64,000 bases of DNA from an uncultured cyanobacterium (GCA_963710605.1 CAVQBA010000004.1:256001-320000), one strand, 5' to 3'; counted from the stretch's first letter, positions 33,833-45,905 are shown. Numbers and translations are program-made. Notes: generated from the letters alone by a model not told the origin.

Positions 33833-35046
33833 CAGGGCTGTTTCATTCTTAAATTTTTGAAATAAAAATAGCGTTCAATCAAGATAAAATTAAATCGATC
33901 GTTCGCTATTACTCAAAAGTCTAAAAATAATGATTAACAGTCTAATACTTAAACTAAAATCTGTCAAAGATTATCGACAAAATAAGGGGAAAAGACATGA
34001 GCTATGGGTTATTTTAACCATAGTTATATTAGGAAATATGTTAGGTTTTCATAGTTATCGTGCCTTGGGAGATTTTACTTGTTTTTATCAAAAACAATTA
34101 TATAATCTTTTGAAAGTTAGTTATTCAAAAATGCCATCTTATTCTACTATTAGAAGAGTAATGAACTCTTTAGATACCAGTAATTTAATCTCTGTTTTTA
34201 ATCAATGGGCAGAGTCACTAATTTTAGATAGTGAGCAAAATAATTTCTACTCTATTGATGGTAAAACTCTCAGAAATACATTAACTAATACTTTTAATTA
34301 TCAGCAAAATTTTTTAGTGTTTATCTCTTTATTTTGTCAAGAAACTGGCTTAGTTTTAAAAATACAAGATTATGAAAATAAGAAAAGTTCCGAGATTAAA
34401 AAAACTCAGAAGCTAATAGAAACAACGAATATACGTAATTCAGTTTTGAGCTTGGATGCACTTCATTGCCAAAAAGAGACGACTAAAAAAATAATAGAAA
34501 AAGGTAATGATTATCTAATTACTGTCAAAAAAAATCAACGTTCATTATATAAATATTTAGAAAATATAAGTAAAACAGAAAAGAGTTTTGACCAAGCTAT
34601 TACCTTTGATAAAAGTCATGGAAGAAAAATAGAAAGAAAAGTATCTGTTTGGGAAAATCAAGAAAATCAAGCTGATACGATCGTTAATAAATTTAGTAAG
34701 GTGAAAAGTTTAATAAAAGTAGAAAGAAAGGGAATAAGAGGAAAGAAAAAATATGAACAAATAGTTTATTATATTAGTAGTAAAAAAGAAAAAGCCGAAA
34801 GTGTTTTAGAAAAAATACAAGGACATTGGAAAATAGAAAATCAACTACACTGGGTAAAAGATGTAGTCATGGAAGAAGATCGATCATTAATTAAAAATAA
34901 AAATGCCGCCTCAAATATATCGGTATTAAAAACTATCGGGATTAATCTTTTTAGACTATTAAATTTTACCTCAATAACAAAAGGGCGTAGGTGGCTATCA
35001 GCAAGGCTTTCCAATCTTTTTTACTGTCTAGAATGAAACAGCCCTG
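33833..35046 (+). mobile_element. ISAs1-family insertion sequence
   Basis: Perfect 17-bp TIRs CAGGGCTGTTTCATTCT / AGAATGAAACAGCCCTG, flanked by direct repeat CCGAGCCCACGGG. Confidence 0.93.
33930..35036 (+). CDS. ISAs1 DDE transposase
   Basis: IDGKTLR, SE, LDALHCQK, VKKNQ, SHGR, HWKIENQLHWVKDV..ED. Confidence 0.95.
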   Translation: MINSLILKLKSVKDYRQNKGKRHELWVILTIVILGNMLGFHSYRALGDFTCFYQKQLYNLLKVSYSKMPSYSTIRRVMNSLDTSNLISVFNQWAESLILDSEQNNFYSIDGKTLRNTLTNTFNYQQNFLVFISLFCQETGLVLKIQDYENKKSSEIKKTQKLIETTNIRNSVLSLDALHCQKETTKKIIEKGNDYLITVKKNQRSLYKYLENISKTEKSFDQAITFDKSHGRKIERKVSVWENQENQADTIVNKFSKVKSLIKVERKGIRGKKKYEQIVYYISSKKEKAESVLEKIQGHWKIENQLHWVKDVVMEEDRSLIKNKNAASNISVLKTIGINLFRLLNFTSITKGRRWLSARLSNLFYCLE

Positions 35047-35059
35047 CCGAGCCCACGGG

Positions 35060-35221
35060 GGGCTAATTCATTCTCGGAAGGAGAAAATAGCTAGAAGCTA
35101 TTATTCCTATACGATCGAGCGACTTAGATACATGATCGTTTTACTATTAGAAAAAAACAGCTACATTTACTGCTATTTCTTAGTTGTAAAAATTACAAAA
35201 TTTAAGAATGAAACAGCCCTG
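35060..35221. mobile_element. ISAs1-derived MITE, copy 2, in tandem with the IS
   Basis: GGGCTAATTCATTCT ... AAAATTTAAGAATGAAACAGCCCTG, followed by a third copy of the direct repeat. Confidence 0.85.
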
Positions 35222-35336
35222 CCGAGCCCACGGGGGACTTGCAAATATAAATCTTACGTTACAAATTTGAGAAATACTATAATTAGTAATTTTTTATTGT
35301 TATTTATTTGCACCTTAACCATTTACAAATTAAATT

Positions 35337-35909
35337 ATGTTAAGCCAAAGAGCAAAAGAATTAATTCCTAAAGCAAGAATATTTACTACGACTACGATTA
35401 AAGACAAATATCCATCGTCTGTAGTTGATACTTTTCAACAAGCGGATGATAATGGTCAATATTTAAGTGATGATGATATTGAAAACATTCGTAAACATCA
35501 ACCTCAATTAAGTGATAATCTCGATCGTGCGATCGTTTTGAGAGATAATGCAACACAAATAGTAGAACAAGCTAGAAAAGACGTATTAGCCCAATTCCCA
35601 GGTATTAACGAACCAGGGGGTGGACTTTATCCCCCTGTAAGGGCAGAAGCCTGTTGGCGAGATTTTTGGCATTTTTTGCGTTGTATTAGTTATGGTGTTG
35701 CAGGAGAAATTACTAATTTCACATCACAAGAGGGTTTAAAAAATATGGAGTTACTTTATCAAGAGTTACAAGTACCTTTAAGTGCAATGGTAGTTGGTTT
35801 AAAAAATTTACGCAAATATAGCTTAGACCAATATTCTTCCTCTGACGAACGATCGGCGATTTCTCCTTATTTCGATCATTTAATCAGACAAATGAAACAA
35901 TTCGTTTGA
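35337..35909 (+). CDS. Allophycocyanin-like phycobiliprotein (AplA-like)
   Basis: PGGGLYP..RAEACWRDFWHFLRCISYG; lies in the PE cluster. Confidence 0.75.
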   Translation: MLSQRAKELIPKARIFTTTTIKDKYPSSVVDTFQQADDNGQYLSDDDIENIRKHQPQLSDNLDRAIVLRDNATQIVEQARKDVLAQFPGINEPGGGLYPPVRAEACWRDFWHFLRCISYGVAGEITNFTSQEGLKNMELLYQELQVPLSAMVVGLKNLRKYSLDQYSSSDERSAISPYFDHLIRQMKQFV

Positions 35910-36028
35910 TAATCAATAATTAATAATTAATAATACTTATTTTTAGTTGCGTAGTTAGGCGAATTTATAAACACATATTTTTAAGATAGCTAATAGCTAA
36001 CCGCTAAAAATGAGACAGTTAATGCACT

Positions 36029-36191
36029 TATAGTTAATTAAAATAAAAATGAGACAATTTGAAGATTCTTTCTTTGAGTTTAATTCATTAAACGGTATCT
36101 GTTAGCCTTGACAATTTATACCCAAGGTGGGTTTTATGTTTTTCTTTTTAATATTATTTATGCTGTTTCAAACTTAATTTAAACAACTATG
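36029..36191. mobile_element. MITE family B copy
   Basis: TATAGTT..AATGAGACAATT..GAGTTTAATTCATTAAACGG..GCCTTG..CAAGGT..CTGTTTCAAACTTAATTTAAACAACTAT. Confidence 0.7.
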
Positions 36192-36301
36192 GCTCTTATT
36201 ATTATTCATTATTAATTATTGATGAAGTTAGCCTTATAACAATACAACTTCGATCGTATTTGATATAAAAAAATATTAAGATTAGGATTAAATTATTGGT
36301 T

Positions 36302-36368
36302 GTTGGGTTTCGCTTTTATTCTATTTACCGTATAAGAATCAAAGTTTTTAAGGCTCAACCCAACCTAC
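36302..36368 (-). repeat. GTAG-type REP element
   Basis: GTAGGTTGGGTTGAGC..GCGAAACCCAAC; second copy at 45362-45429 on +. Confidence 0.7.
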
Positions 36369-36403
36369 TGTAGTACTCATCTTTTATTGTCAACTCTTAA
36401 CTC

Positions 36404-37060
36404 TTAACTTTTAACTCTTAAAGCAGCCTCAACTACTCGTCGATCGGGATCTTGTTTTAGTTGTTCAAAAGCCTGTGTTGCCGAAGGATTATCAAAATTA
36501 GCAACCGCTTGTACTACTCGTGAGCGAATCCGCCATGATTTATGATTGACCATTGAAAGTAACAATTCAAGTGCCTCTTTTTCTTTGTTGGTATTAGCAA
36601 AAGAAGCCAAACAGCTAATACTATTTTCTCTGACGCTTTCGTCTTCTCCTTCTAAACCACATAAACAAACATCAAATAATTCGTTAGGGCAATTCAACTC
36701 CATCAAAGCCGCTAAAATACTTAAACGAACTAACCAAGCAGAGTCTTGGTAAAATGCTTGCTGTAGATGAGGAATAGAAATTTCGCCAAAGAATGAAAGT
36801 GAATTAGAAGCTTCTGCTCGAACATTAGTATCTCGATCGAGTTTCATCATTTCGAGTAAAGCCGCAAAAGATTCTGCTGTTTTGTTTTTACCTAATCCCA
36901 TAGCGACAAAAGAGCGAACTAAAAATTTTTCATCTTTTTTAGATTTGAGTAACAAAGGGATAGATACTTCTTCAGGATATGATTTGAGAGCTTTAATGGC
37001 ATCTAATCGATCGTGCATATCATCAGAAGCTAATTGATCTTTAATTTGAGTTATATCCAT
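36404..37060 (-). CDS. HEAT-repeat PBS-lyase-like protein (NblB-like)
   Basis: VRSFVAMGLG, D.NVRAEA.NSL, WLVR.SI.AAL. Confidence 0.75.
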   Translation of the reverse strand: MDITQIKDQLASDDMHDRLDAIKALKSYPEEVSIPLLLKSKKDEKFLVRSFVAMGLGKNKTAESFAALLEMMKLDRDTNVRAEASNSLSFFGEISIPHLQQAFYQDSAWLVRLSILAALMELNCPNELFDVCLCGLEGEDESVRENSISCLASFANTNKEKEALELLLSMVNHKSWRIRSRVVQAVANFDNPSATQAFEQLKQDPDRRVVEAALRVKS

Positions 37061-37166
37061 TCTTTATTAAAGTTTTTTAACTTTTACTTTACTTAAGATT
37101 ATCTTATTTGGCAAGATATTAAGTTATATTCAAAGTTTTATCAACAAAAATTAGGTATTGAGATAA

Positions 37167-37382
37167 ATGACACAAGGAGCAAACCAGCCAGCGTCAACCG
37201 AAGACATTAAGGCAGTTACGATCGAATTAGAAACATATCGCCAAAGATTAATTGATGATATTATCCAGATGGGTAAGAAAATTAAAATGTCAAAAAAGAA
37301 AGTTGAGCAACATATCAACAATCATCCTGAAATTCAAAAAATAGATTTAGTTCTTGAACAATTGCGTTCTCAAGCTGAATAA
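37167..37382 (+). CDS. Small hypothetical protein
   Basis: 71-aa helical ORF, divergent from the HEAT gene, followed by a terminator-like hairpin. Confidence 0.65.
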   Translation: MTQGANQPASTEDIKAVTIELETYRQRLIDDIIQMGKKIKMSKKKVEQHINNHPEIQKIDLVLEQLRSQAE

Positions 37383-37503
37383 TTTTTGTAAGTTTTATCT
37401 CAAGATCTTAATAATCAGCTAATATATTTATTGTTATCTAAAGTATTAATTTTATCCGCTTAATATTATTTTTTTAATCCATTTTATAATCAGTATTATT
37501 AAC

Positions 37504-37527
37504 AGGGGGAATAACCCCCTTTTTTTA
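37504..37527 (+). terminator. Probable intrinsic terminator
   Basis: AGGGGG-AATAA-CCCCCT followed by a T run. Confidence 0.55.
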
Positions 37528-37701
37528 TGTTTTGTTGCCTTCTTTTTTGCTCAGATTTAGTATTGAATAAAGACGAAAATTAGAATGTTTTTTACTTTCT
37601 TTCACCCCTTGTTACGAAAGAAGAGAATTTGATCAAAACCTTAGTTAAACAGAGTTGATTACTGTACAACTGACAAAAATCGATTATCAATTATTGATTA
37701 A

Positions 37702-39675
37702 TTAATTTCCTTCTCTAAGTTTGTCTAATACAGAACGATCTTCTAAAGTCGAAGTATCACCTTGTACCTCTTTTCCCGCGGCAAGGTTACGTAACAGGCG
37801 ACGCATAATTTTACCCGATCGAGTTTTGGGCATACCGTCAGTAAAGCGTATTTCACCAGGACGAGCGATCGCACCTATTTCGGCAGTAACGTGTTTTTTA
37901 AGAGTTTTAACCAACTCATCATCACCTTCATAACCACCTTCTAGGGTCACAAAAGCAAAAATTTCTTCCCCTTTAAGATCATCAGGTTTACCCACAACCG
38001 CCGCTTCAGCTACCGCAGGATGAGACACCAATGCAGATTCAATTTCCATCGTACCTAAACGGTGTCCAGAAACATTGATAACGTCATCAGTACGTCCCAT
38101 TACCCAAAAGTATCCATCCTCGTCTTTACGTGCACCATCCCCCGCAAAATAAAGGTATTTACCATCTTTAGGAGCAATATGTTCCCAATAAGTACGACGG
38201 AAACGATCGTCATCACCATAAACAGTACGCATCATCCCCGGCCATGGATGTTTAACGACCAAATAACCACCCTGATTTGCTTCTACAGAATTACCATCTA
38301 AATCCACAATATCAGCTAAAATACCGGGAAATGGATGAGTAGCAGAACCGGGTTTTGTGGGAGTTGCACCCGGAATAGGCGTAATCATCACCCCTCCTGT
38401 TTCGGTTTGCCACCATGTATCAACGATCGGGCAACGTTCCCCACCAATCACTTTGTGATACCACATCCAAGCTTCTGGGTTAATCGGTTCACCAACAGTA
38501 CCTAATAGACGCAGAGAAGACAAATCACGGGCATTAGGATGCTCTTCTCCCATTTTGATAAAAGCACGAATAGCAGTCGGGGCAGTATAAAAGATATTGA
38601 CACCATATTTTTCAACCACATCCCAAAAACAACCTAAATTAGAAGGGCGAGGTACACCTTCATACATAACAGTGGTTGCCCCATTAGAAAGAGGTCCATA
38701 AACAATATAACTATGACCTGTAATCCAACCTACATCGGCAGTACACCAAAAAACATCATTGTCTTTAAGATCAAAAATCCATTTAGTGGTCATATGAGAG
38801 TAAAGATTATAACCCCCTGTGGTGTGAACGACACCTTTTGGTTTGCCCGTACTACCACTGGTATAAAGAACAAATAGCATATCTTCGCTATCCATCGGCT
38901 GGGCAGGGCAATCAGCAGAGGCATCTACTTGTAATTCGTGCCACCAATAATCTCTACCTTCAGTCATTGTTATTTCTTGTTTGGTGCGTTGAACAACTAA
39001 AACATTCTCAACACTAGGGGCTTGATTATCAGCTAAGGCTAGATCGACTTGTTCTTTTAAAGCAATTGTTTTGTCTTTACGGAAACCACCATCGGCGGTA
39101 ATAACTAGTTTGGCTGAGGCTGAATTTAATCTGTCTCTGAGGGCTTCGGCACTAAAACCACCAAAGACAACACTATGAGCGGCACCAATTCTGGCACAAG
39201 CTAACATAGCGATCGCCGCTTCGGGTATCATCGGCATATAAACACCGACGATATCTCCTTTTTTCACTCCTAAATCTTTAAGCACATTAGCAAACTGACA
39301 GACTTCTCGATGGAGTTGAGCATAGGTAATAGTACGACTGTCACCTGGCTCACCTTCCCAGATGATAGCGGCTTTGTTACGTCGCCATGTAGTTAAGTGA
39401 CGATCTAAACAATTATAGGAAATATTTATTTTACCGTTAACAAACCATTTAGCAAAAGGAGGGTTACTCCAGTCTAATACTTGATCCCATTTTTCAAACC
39501 AGTCTAATTCTTTTTCGGCTAATTCTGCCCAAAACTGAGTCGGGTTTTCTTTGGCTTTTTGATATAAGTCTTGATATTCTTGCCAATTTTTGATTAGTGC
39601 TTGCTCGGCAAATTCATTCGGAGGGTTAAAGGTTCGTTTTTCTTGTAAGATAGATTCGATCGTGGATTCTGACAT
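37702..39675 (-). CDS. acs: Acetyl-CoA synthetase
   Basis: [32 protein letters not shown]. Confidence 0.97.
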   Translation of the reverse strand: MSESTIESILQEKRTFNPPNEFAEQALIKNWQEYQDLYQKAKENPTQFWAELAEKELDWFEKWDQVLDWSNPPFAKWFVNGKINISYNCLDRHLTTWRRNKAAIIWEGEPGDSRTITYAQLHREVCQFANVLKDLGVKKGDIVGVYMPMIPEAAIAMLACARIGAAHSVVFGGFSAEALRDRLNSASAKLVITADGGFRKDKTIALKEQVDLALADNQAPSVENVLVVQRTKQEITMTEGRDYWWHELQVDASADCPAQPMDSEDMLFVLYTSGSTGKPKGVVHTTGGYNLYSHMTTKWIFDLKDNDVFWCTADVGWITGHSYIVYGPLSNGATTVMYEGVPRPSNLGCFWDVVEKYGVNIFYTAPTAIRAFIKMGEEHPNARDLSSLRLLGTVGEPINPEAWMWYHKVIGGERCPIVDTWWQTETGGVMITPIPGATPTKPGSATHPFPGILADIVDLDGNSVEANQGGYLVVKHPWPGMMRTVYGDDDRFRRTYWEHIAPKDGKYLYFAGDGARKDEDGYFWVMGRTDDVINVSGHRLGTMEIESALVSHPAVAEAAVVGKPDDLKGEEIFAFVTLEGGYEGDDELVKTLKKHVTAEIGAIARPGEIRFTDGMPKTRSGKIMRRLLRNLAAGKEVQGDTSTLEDRSVLDKLREGN

Positions 39676-39858
39676 ATATGCTTATTTATTTCAGTTCGAC
39701 TAATTAAATTTAAAATTTAACGTATTTTGCGGAGTCTAACTATTAAATTTTGTGTTTCAATCTTGGTTTGATTAGCAAGAAGTAACGATTAATAATCGGT
39801 AAATTATTCAATATTACCCTCAAACTATTTATTAATCACAATATTAGAAGTCGAATTA

Positions 39859-39963
39859 TATAGCAGTTAACAAGTCACTGAGAACATCTAAATCTAATTC
39901 CCCTCCTTGGTAAGGAGGGGTTAGGGGTGGTTAAAAGTCTTAATCAACTGTTTAAGTACTATA
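39859..39963. repeat. Repeat family A copy
   Basis: TATAGCAGTTAAC..AATTCCCCTCCTTGGTAAGGAGGGGTTAGGGGTGGTT..GTACTATA. Confidence 0.75.
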
Positions 39964-40146
39964 GCTGAATAAAAATGTCAAATCGTTTTAAAAAAGCTTT
40001 GAAAAAATTTTAACGTGGTTAATCGGCAAATTTCTACAGCTTAGAGCTTATAGCTCATCATAACTAGGAAAAAACTGTAATAATAATCTGTTTAGTAAGA
40101 TTGCTATATATTTAACTTAATTTAAAAAAAAGGTAACTTAAACAAA

Positions 40147-41118
40147 ATGAATAAAATATTAGTAACTGGAGCGGCTGGTTTTATTGGTTTTCACCTATGT
40201 CAATATTTATTAAAACAAAATCAGCAAGTAGTAGGAATAGATAATCTTAATGATTACTATGATGTTTCTTTAAAAAAATCAAGACTTGAGGAATTAGCAA
40301 TATATGATAACTTTGACTTTCGTTTACTAAACTTGGTTGACACACCCAAAATTGAGCAACTATTTAAACAAGAAAAATTTACAACTGTAGTCAATTTAGC
40401 CGCCCAAGCAGGTGTTCGTTATTCAATCGAAAACCCTCATGTTTACGTGAATAGTAACATCGTCGGTTTTTTGAATATTTTAGAAGGTTGTCGTCATCAT
40501 CAAGTCGAACATCTTGTCTATGCCTCCTCTAGCTCAGTCTATGGTATGAATACTAAAATTCCTTTTAGCACTCAAGATGCGGTTGAAAATCCAATTAGTT
40601 TGTATGCCGCTACTAAAAGATCTAATGAACTAATGGCTTATACTTATAGTCATCTTTACAATCTTAGTGTAACAGGATTAAGATTTTTTACAGTATATGG
40701 TCCTTGGGGACGACCTGATATGGCTTTATTTTTGTTTACCAAAGCAATTTTAGAAGGTAAGCCTATTTCGGTATTTAACTATGGCAAAATGCAAAGAGAT
40801 TTTACTTATATTGACGATATTGTTTTGGGGATTACCAAAGTAATGGAGAGAATACCCACCGTAAATCCTCCTTACAAACTTTATAATATTGGTAATAATC
40901 AACCGATCGAATTACTTAATTTAATTGAAGTATTAGAAAAATCTTTGAATAAAACCGCAGTTAAAGAATTTTTACCAATGCAAGCAGGAGATGTATTAAC
41001 AACTTATGCCGATGTTGATGATTTGATTGCCGATGTCGGTTTTAGCCCGAATACATCGATCGAAATTGGGGTGGCTAATTTTGTTGAGTGGTATAAAAAT
41101 TATTATCAAATTAAATAA
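40147..41118 (+). CDS. NAD-dependent epimerase (UDP-glucuronate 4-epimerase-like)
   Basis: [32 protein letters not shown]. Confidence 0.92.
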   Translation: MNKILVTGAAGFIGFHLCQYLLKQNQQVVGIDNLNDYYDVSLKKSRLEELAIYDNFDFRLLNLVDTPKIEQLFKQEKFTTVVNLAAQAGVRYSIENPHVYVNSNIVGFLNILEGCRHHQVEHLVYASSSSVYGMNTKIPFSTQDAVENPISLYAATKRSNELMAYTYSHLYNLSVTGLRFFTVYGPWGRPDMALFLFTKAILEGKPISVFNYGKMQRDFTYIDDIVLGITKVMERIPTVNPPYKLYNIGNNQPIELLNLIEVLEKSLNKTAVKEFLPMQAGDVLTTYADVDDLIADVGFSPNTSIEIGVANFVEWYKNYYQIK

Positions 41119-41283
41119 AAAACTAATAATTAATTAACAGCAATGATATTGTTATCTATTCACGGTTATCTGTTCACTGTTATTTGTGATGTTGTTATTA
41201 TATAATTGAAAGTTTGTATGACTTTATTAGTCGATCGAAAGAAATTAAGATATTGATATAGATATAGATATAGAAAAACTATT

Positions 41284-43190
41284 ATGCGAACTAATTATTG
41301 TGGTGATTTACGACGAGAACATTTAGATAAGATTGTAACCCTTTATGGTTGGGTCGATCGTCGTCGTGATCATGGTGGCGTTATTTTTATTGATTTACGC
41401 GATCGTTCTGGTATAGTTCAAATAGTTAGCGATCCTCAACGTACTCCCGAATCTTATAATCAAGCTAGTACCCTCAGAAGTGAATATGTAGTCAGAATAA
41501 CAGGTAAGGTATCACAGCGTCCAGACGAATCTCTTAACCCCAAATTACCTACAGGAGAAATAGAGATTTACGCCACAGAAATTGAGACAGTTAATAGTGT
41601 CAGTAAACCATTACCATTCCAAATTTCTAATTTAGAAGAAGAAAACATTAGAGAAGACTTAAGACTAAAATACCGTTACCTTGATTTACGTCGAGAAAGA
41701 ATGAGTAGCAATATTCAACTACGTCATCAGGTAGTTAAAGCAATGCGTCGTTTTTTAGAAGATGAAAAAGATTTTTTAGAAGTAGAAACCCCAATACTAA
41801 CTCGCTCTACTCCTGAAGGGGCGAGAGATTATCTTGTACCCTCAAGAGTTAATCCAGGGCAATGGTACGCTTTACCACAATCTCCTCAGTTGTTTAAACA
41901 ACTATTAATGGTATCTGGTTGCGATCGTTATTATCAAATTGCTCGTTGCTTCCGTGACGAAGATTTACGTGCAGACAGACAACCTGAATTTACTCAGCTA
42001 GATATGGAAATGAGTTTCCTTTCTGAAAACGAGATAATTGAACTCAATGAAGCCTTAGTTTGTCATATCTTCAAACAAGTCAAAAATATCGATTTACCCC
42101 GTCCCTTCCCTCGTTTAACCTACGCAGAATCGATGGATAAATATGGTAGCGATCGACCTGATACTCGTTTTGGTTTAGAATTAGTTGACGTTTCCCAAAT
42201 CGTTAAAGATTCTCCTTTTAAAGTGTTTTCAGGAGCAGTTAAAAACGGTGGTACTGTTAAAGTCTTACCTATCCCTAACGGTAACGATAAAATTTCTAAC
42301 GTCAGAATTAAACCTAAAGGCGACTTATTTAATGAAGCAATAATTGCCGGTGCTAAAGGTATTGCTTTTATCAGAGTTAGAGAAAACAACGAAATTGATA
42401 GCATCGGGGCGATTAAAGATAATTTAACACCCGAACAAAAAGAGCAACTACTAACTCAAACAGGAGCAAAACCGGGAGACTTATTGTTATTCGGTGCAGG
42501 TGAGACTAATACAGTTAACAAATCACTCGATCGATTACGCTTAGTTATCGGTAAAGAATTAGGCTTAATTGACGAAAACAAACTTAACTTTGTCTGGGTG
42601 ACAGAATTCCCCATGTTTGAATGGAATGCCGATGAAAATCGTTATGAAGCACTTCATCACCCTTTCACTGCACCTAATCCTGAAGATGTTGATGATTTAG
42701 CTAATGCAAGAGCGTTAGCTTATGATTTGGTTTTGAATGGAGTAGAAATCGGTGGTGGTAGCTTAAGAATTTATCAAAGAGAAATCCAAGAAAAAGTATT
42801 TTCAACTATTGGGTTATCGGAGGAAGAAGCTCAAAATAAATTTGGTTTCTTACTCGAAGCATTTGAATATGGTACACCTCCTCATGGTGGTAAAGTTGTC
42901 ATGCGTGGGGTAAAAGTGAACAAGAGGCAAGACAAGAATTGCTTATGGTTTGGATAGATTAGTGATGTTACTTGAAGCGGGAAAAATATTACCCAAGAAG
43001 GTTGAAATAGAGTTGCAATTATGCCTTCCACCAAAACTTTAGAAAAAGTAGCAAAAAAATTAGGTTTTAAGAAAGTTCGTCAACAAGCAAGTTGTTTATT
43101 GCAACTCGATGCACGAGCAGGAGTTGATGCCAAGCAATTGAAATAGAATTATCTGTTGCTTCTAATTTTAAATCATTAGGAAAACAGATG
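41284..43190 (+). CDS. aspS: Aspartate--tRNA ligase; 3' end scrambled after 42891
   Basis: RRDHGG, TPEGARD, LPQSPQ, PPHGG. The remaining [24 protein letters not shown] and GVDAKQL pieces are interleaved with foreign sequence. End approximate. Confidence 0.93.
42892..43083 (+). other. hicB/hicA fragments interleaved with aspS
   Basis: [22 protein letters not shown] (HicB-like) and [21 protein letters not shown] (HicA-like, ATG 43021). Confidence 0.65.
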
Positions 43191-43622
43191 ATAAGTAAGC
43201 GTCTAAATAAATTACTAAAGAAAAATATGTATCGAGAAACAAAGCGATTGTTAGCCATTTTGTATTTAAGCCATTAAATAGTTTACACTAAAGGGTGTAA
43301 ACTGATTTCCTTACACCCTGAAAATAATCAATTAAATACGCACGATATATATTCTGATTATGTTTTCAAAATTCTATCTTTAAATATTAGTTGATTGCAT
43401 TTCGAGATAAGATTTGCGATCAATGATTAAAAATTTTTCAATCAAGTAATCTAATTTTACTGCAAAATTTCGATCGATTACTTTTACTAATAGATTTTGT
43501 GCAATATTATAGTTATAGAAATTTCTAACTTAAATCTAGTGTGATTCGCTTAACCAAAACACCAATATTAATGTTTGTAACTGTCATTAGAGTATATTTA
43601 TTTGGCAATACAGATTTTGAAA

Positions 43623-43770
43623 CTAAATATCGATCGACAGTATATTTACATCTGCTCCTAATTGTAAAAACTCAATCTTTTCCGGAATGGAACTAATTTG
43701 TTTTTCCATATACTCTGTCTCATTGATGCCAGCATTAAAGCAGTCTGACCTTTATAGTCTTAAAGTTTAA
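43623..43770 (-). pseudogene. Ankyrin-repeat fragment
   Basis: DYKGQTALMLAS, then IEFLQLGADVNI after a frameshift. Confidence 0.5.
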
Positions 43771-43890
43771 TAATTCGTCTGATTTAATTAAAAGTTGTAT
43801 TTTCGAAGTCGAAAATAAAGTAACAAAGGCTTGATATTTTACTGCAACTACGATAACTTTACTAAGTTAAATTCTAGAAAACTCACCATA

Positions 43891-44548
43891 ATGACTTCCA
43901 AACAAAAAACTTGGATTCCTTATCAGATGAAGGATGTTGTCGATGTGAATGATGCACAAATGTCAGTGCGTAATTATATCGAACATAAGGATATTAGATG
44001 TTATCTTGAATCTAATTAATCAATAAGAAAAAATATCGGTACAGCCGCAGAATTTGGTTGTGGATATGGGAGAATGACTCAAGTTTTAACGGAGTTTGCG
44101 GAAGATGTTGTCGGGATAGAAAGAGAGCAATTATTAGTAAATGAAGCTACTTGTCTTATCCCCGATGTTAAATTTACCAATATACAAATTATCTCCTTTT
44201 GACGAATTCTATCTTCATCGAATTACTCGAAGAGCGAATTCATTTGACGTAATAATAACATTTACATTTTTACAGCATCTGATTGAAGACAAGGCACAAG
44301 CAGTCATTAAAGAGATGATAAGCAGGTTTAAAAACAGATTGGACATATTTTTATCTGCGAAGAAACGGATGAGCAACATATTTCAGGAGATATAAACGAT
44401 CCGTTAGGACGTTGTAGTATAGGTAGGAGCGTAGAAAGGTATTGCGAATATTGTCAAGCCTTTAGATCTTCAGTTTACAACTCCTAGAAGAATAGAACCA
44501 GATTATCCCAGAGAAAATACGGGTACATATATGTTATTTAGTAAATAA
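43891..44548 (+). pseudogene. Class I SAM-dependent methyltransferase, multiple frameshifts
   Basis: AAEFGCGYGRMTQVLTEFAEDVVGIERE; FDVIITFTFLQHL. Confidence 0.7.
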
Positions 44549-44681
44549 ATAAATCAAATTCAGTGACTGAGTTATAGCAGAAAATACTCGAAGTGTTTGA
44601 CATAACTTAAAAAAGAAACGATGATACTCGATTGATCTTAGTTTTACCTTTATCCTTTGTTATATATCCCGATCGCACGTA

Positions 44682-44783
44682 GTATAGTAATAAATAATCA
44701 AAAACTTTATTCTTAAATCTCAATTGGCTAATTCTCCTCCTTACTGGCAAGATGCGATCGTTTATTTGAGTGAGAACGATCGT
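44682..44783 (+). repeat. Direct duplicate of the glycosylase gene upstream region and 5' end
   Basis: 102-bp near-identical copy of 45864-45965. Confidence 0.85.
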
Positions 44784-45171
44784 TTATATAGCAACAAATT
44801 ATGACAATATTATCATTTAAGATTCAAACTAAAAATCGTTAAAACAAAACAATCGACTTCTTGCAAGATAAAAATAAATAAGGTCAAAAGGGCACTCGTG
44901 CAAAGGGCACTCGTGCAAAGGTTATTTTTGCTCCTTGTAACCTTTTGATAATTTTTACTTTTTGTTCTGCCAAATTTAATTGATTTTCGATGTGTTATAT
45001 ATCCCTGCTATCAAATTAAACCTTAACCCAAATCTTTTTCTTCCATTACGATAATGTTGAAATTATTATTATTGCTGAATACTGTATTTCTATCTCTTGA
45101 TAGAGGTATTAATTAGTTTTTTTTGTAATTAATATATAAGTAGTAAAAATATATATACAATCAAATAAACC

Positions 45172-45336
45172 ATGGAAAATATACAATATCGAACAACAAC
45201 GGGCTGGTCGCTGATAAGTTCAGGATTAACCACACTTTTACTCAAAGTACTTCCTGGTGATTCTCTTTGGTGGGGAGTCGCTTTATTAATTATTGGAGTT
45301 GGAATACTTTTTGTCAGAAAAAGCGATTCAGTTTAA
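45172..45336 (+). CDS. Small membrane protein (54 aa, not in ORF track)
   Basis: MENIQYRTTTGWSLISSGLTTLLLKVLPGDSLWWGVALLIIGVGILFVRKSDSV. Confidence 0.55.
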   Translation: MENIQYRTTTGWSLISSGLTTLLLKVLPGDSLWWGVALLIIGVGILFVRKSDSV

Positions 45337-45361
45337 CCTTTAAAGCTCACTCGCCAATTTC

Positions 45362-45429
45362 GTAGGTTGGGTCGAAGCCGCAAAAGTACTAATATATAAG
45401 CAATATATAAAATATTAGCAAAACCCAAC
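45362..45429 (+). repeat. GTAG-type REP element
   Basis: GTAGGTTGGGTCGAAGC..GCAAAACCCAAC. Confidence 0.7.
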
Positions 45430-45905
45430 GATCGATCGATCGATTAGTAAATCTTGCTTTTTTCAGCATAGAGTAACGTCAATTATTTCCTTGCTTGTTT
45501 TAAAATACGCTCTCAATTCTTCTCTCATGAGTTTGAGCCAGAATGATAGTAGCATTAGGGCGAGGACGATCGACAAATTCTTTCCATGTTTTTTGAGATA
45601 GTAGCTGAAATCAAATTAGCAACAGATGCGTATCAAAAATGAAAAGTTAACGTTTGAGCAAAAACTGTAAGCTACTATCGTCTTAATATTACAATTAATT
45701 ATTCGTTTTATCGATCGCTTCAAAAATTTATTTTTATGATTAATTGTCTCATTACCTATTGTCCATTGTTTACAACTAATAATGTTCGTCAGGAAATTAA
45801 AGACAAAAATCTAGTTTAATTTTACTTACTATTAACTCGATCGTAAGCTCGATATTTTTCAATGTATAGTAATAAATCATCGCCAACTTTATTCTTAAAT
45901 CTCAA

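Noticed and set aside
33820..35234. CRISPR-like repeat-spacer array
   Set aside because: The repeats are IS ends and target duplications with 1.2-kb and 160-bp spacing; no cas genes.
34991..35371. 126-aa ORF
   Set aside because: It reads through the IS end, direct repeat and MITE, with no protein-like motif.
42892..42937. Intron or intein in aspS
   Set aside because: 46 bp, out of frame, no splice or intein signatures, and it encodes a HicB-like peptide.
45440..45620. Possible gene remnant on the minus strand (QLLSQKTWKEFVDRPRPNATIILAQT)
   Set aside because: Interrupted by stops and not assignable without a search.
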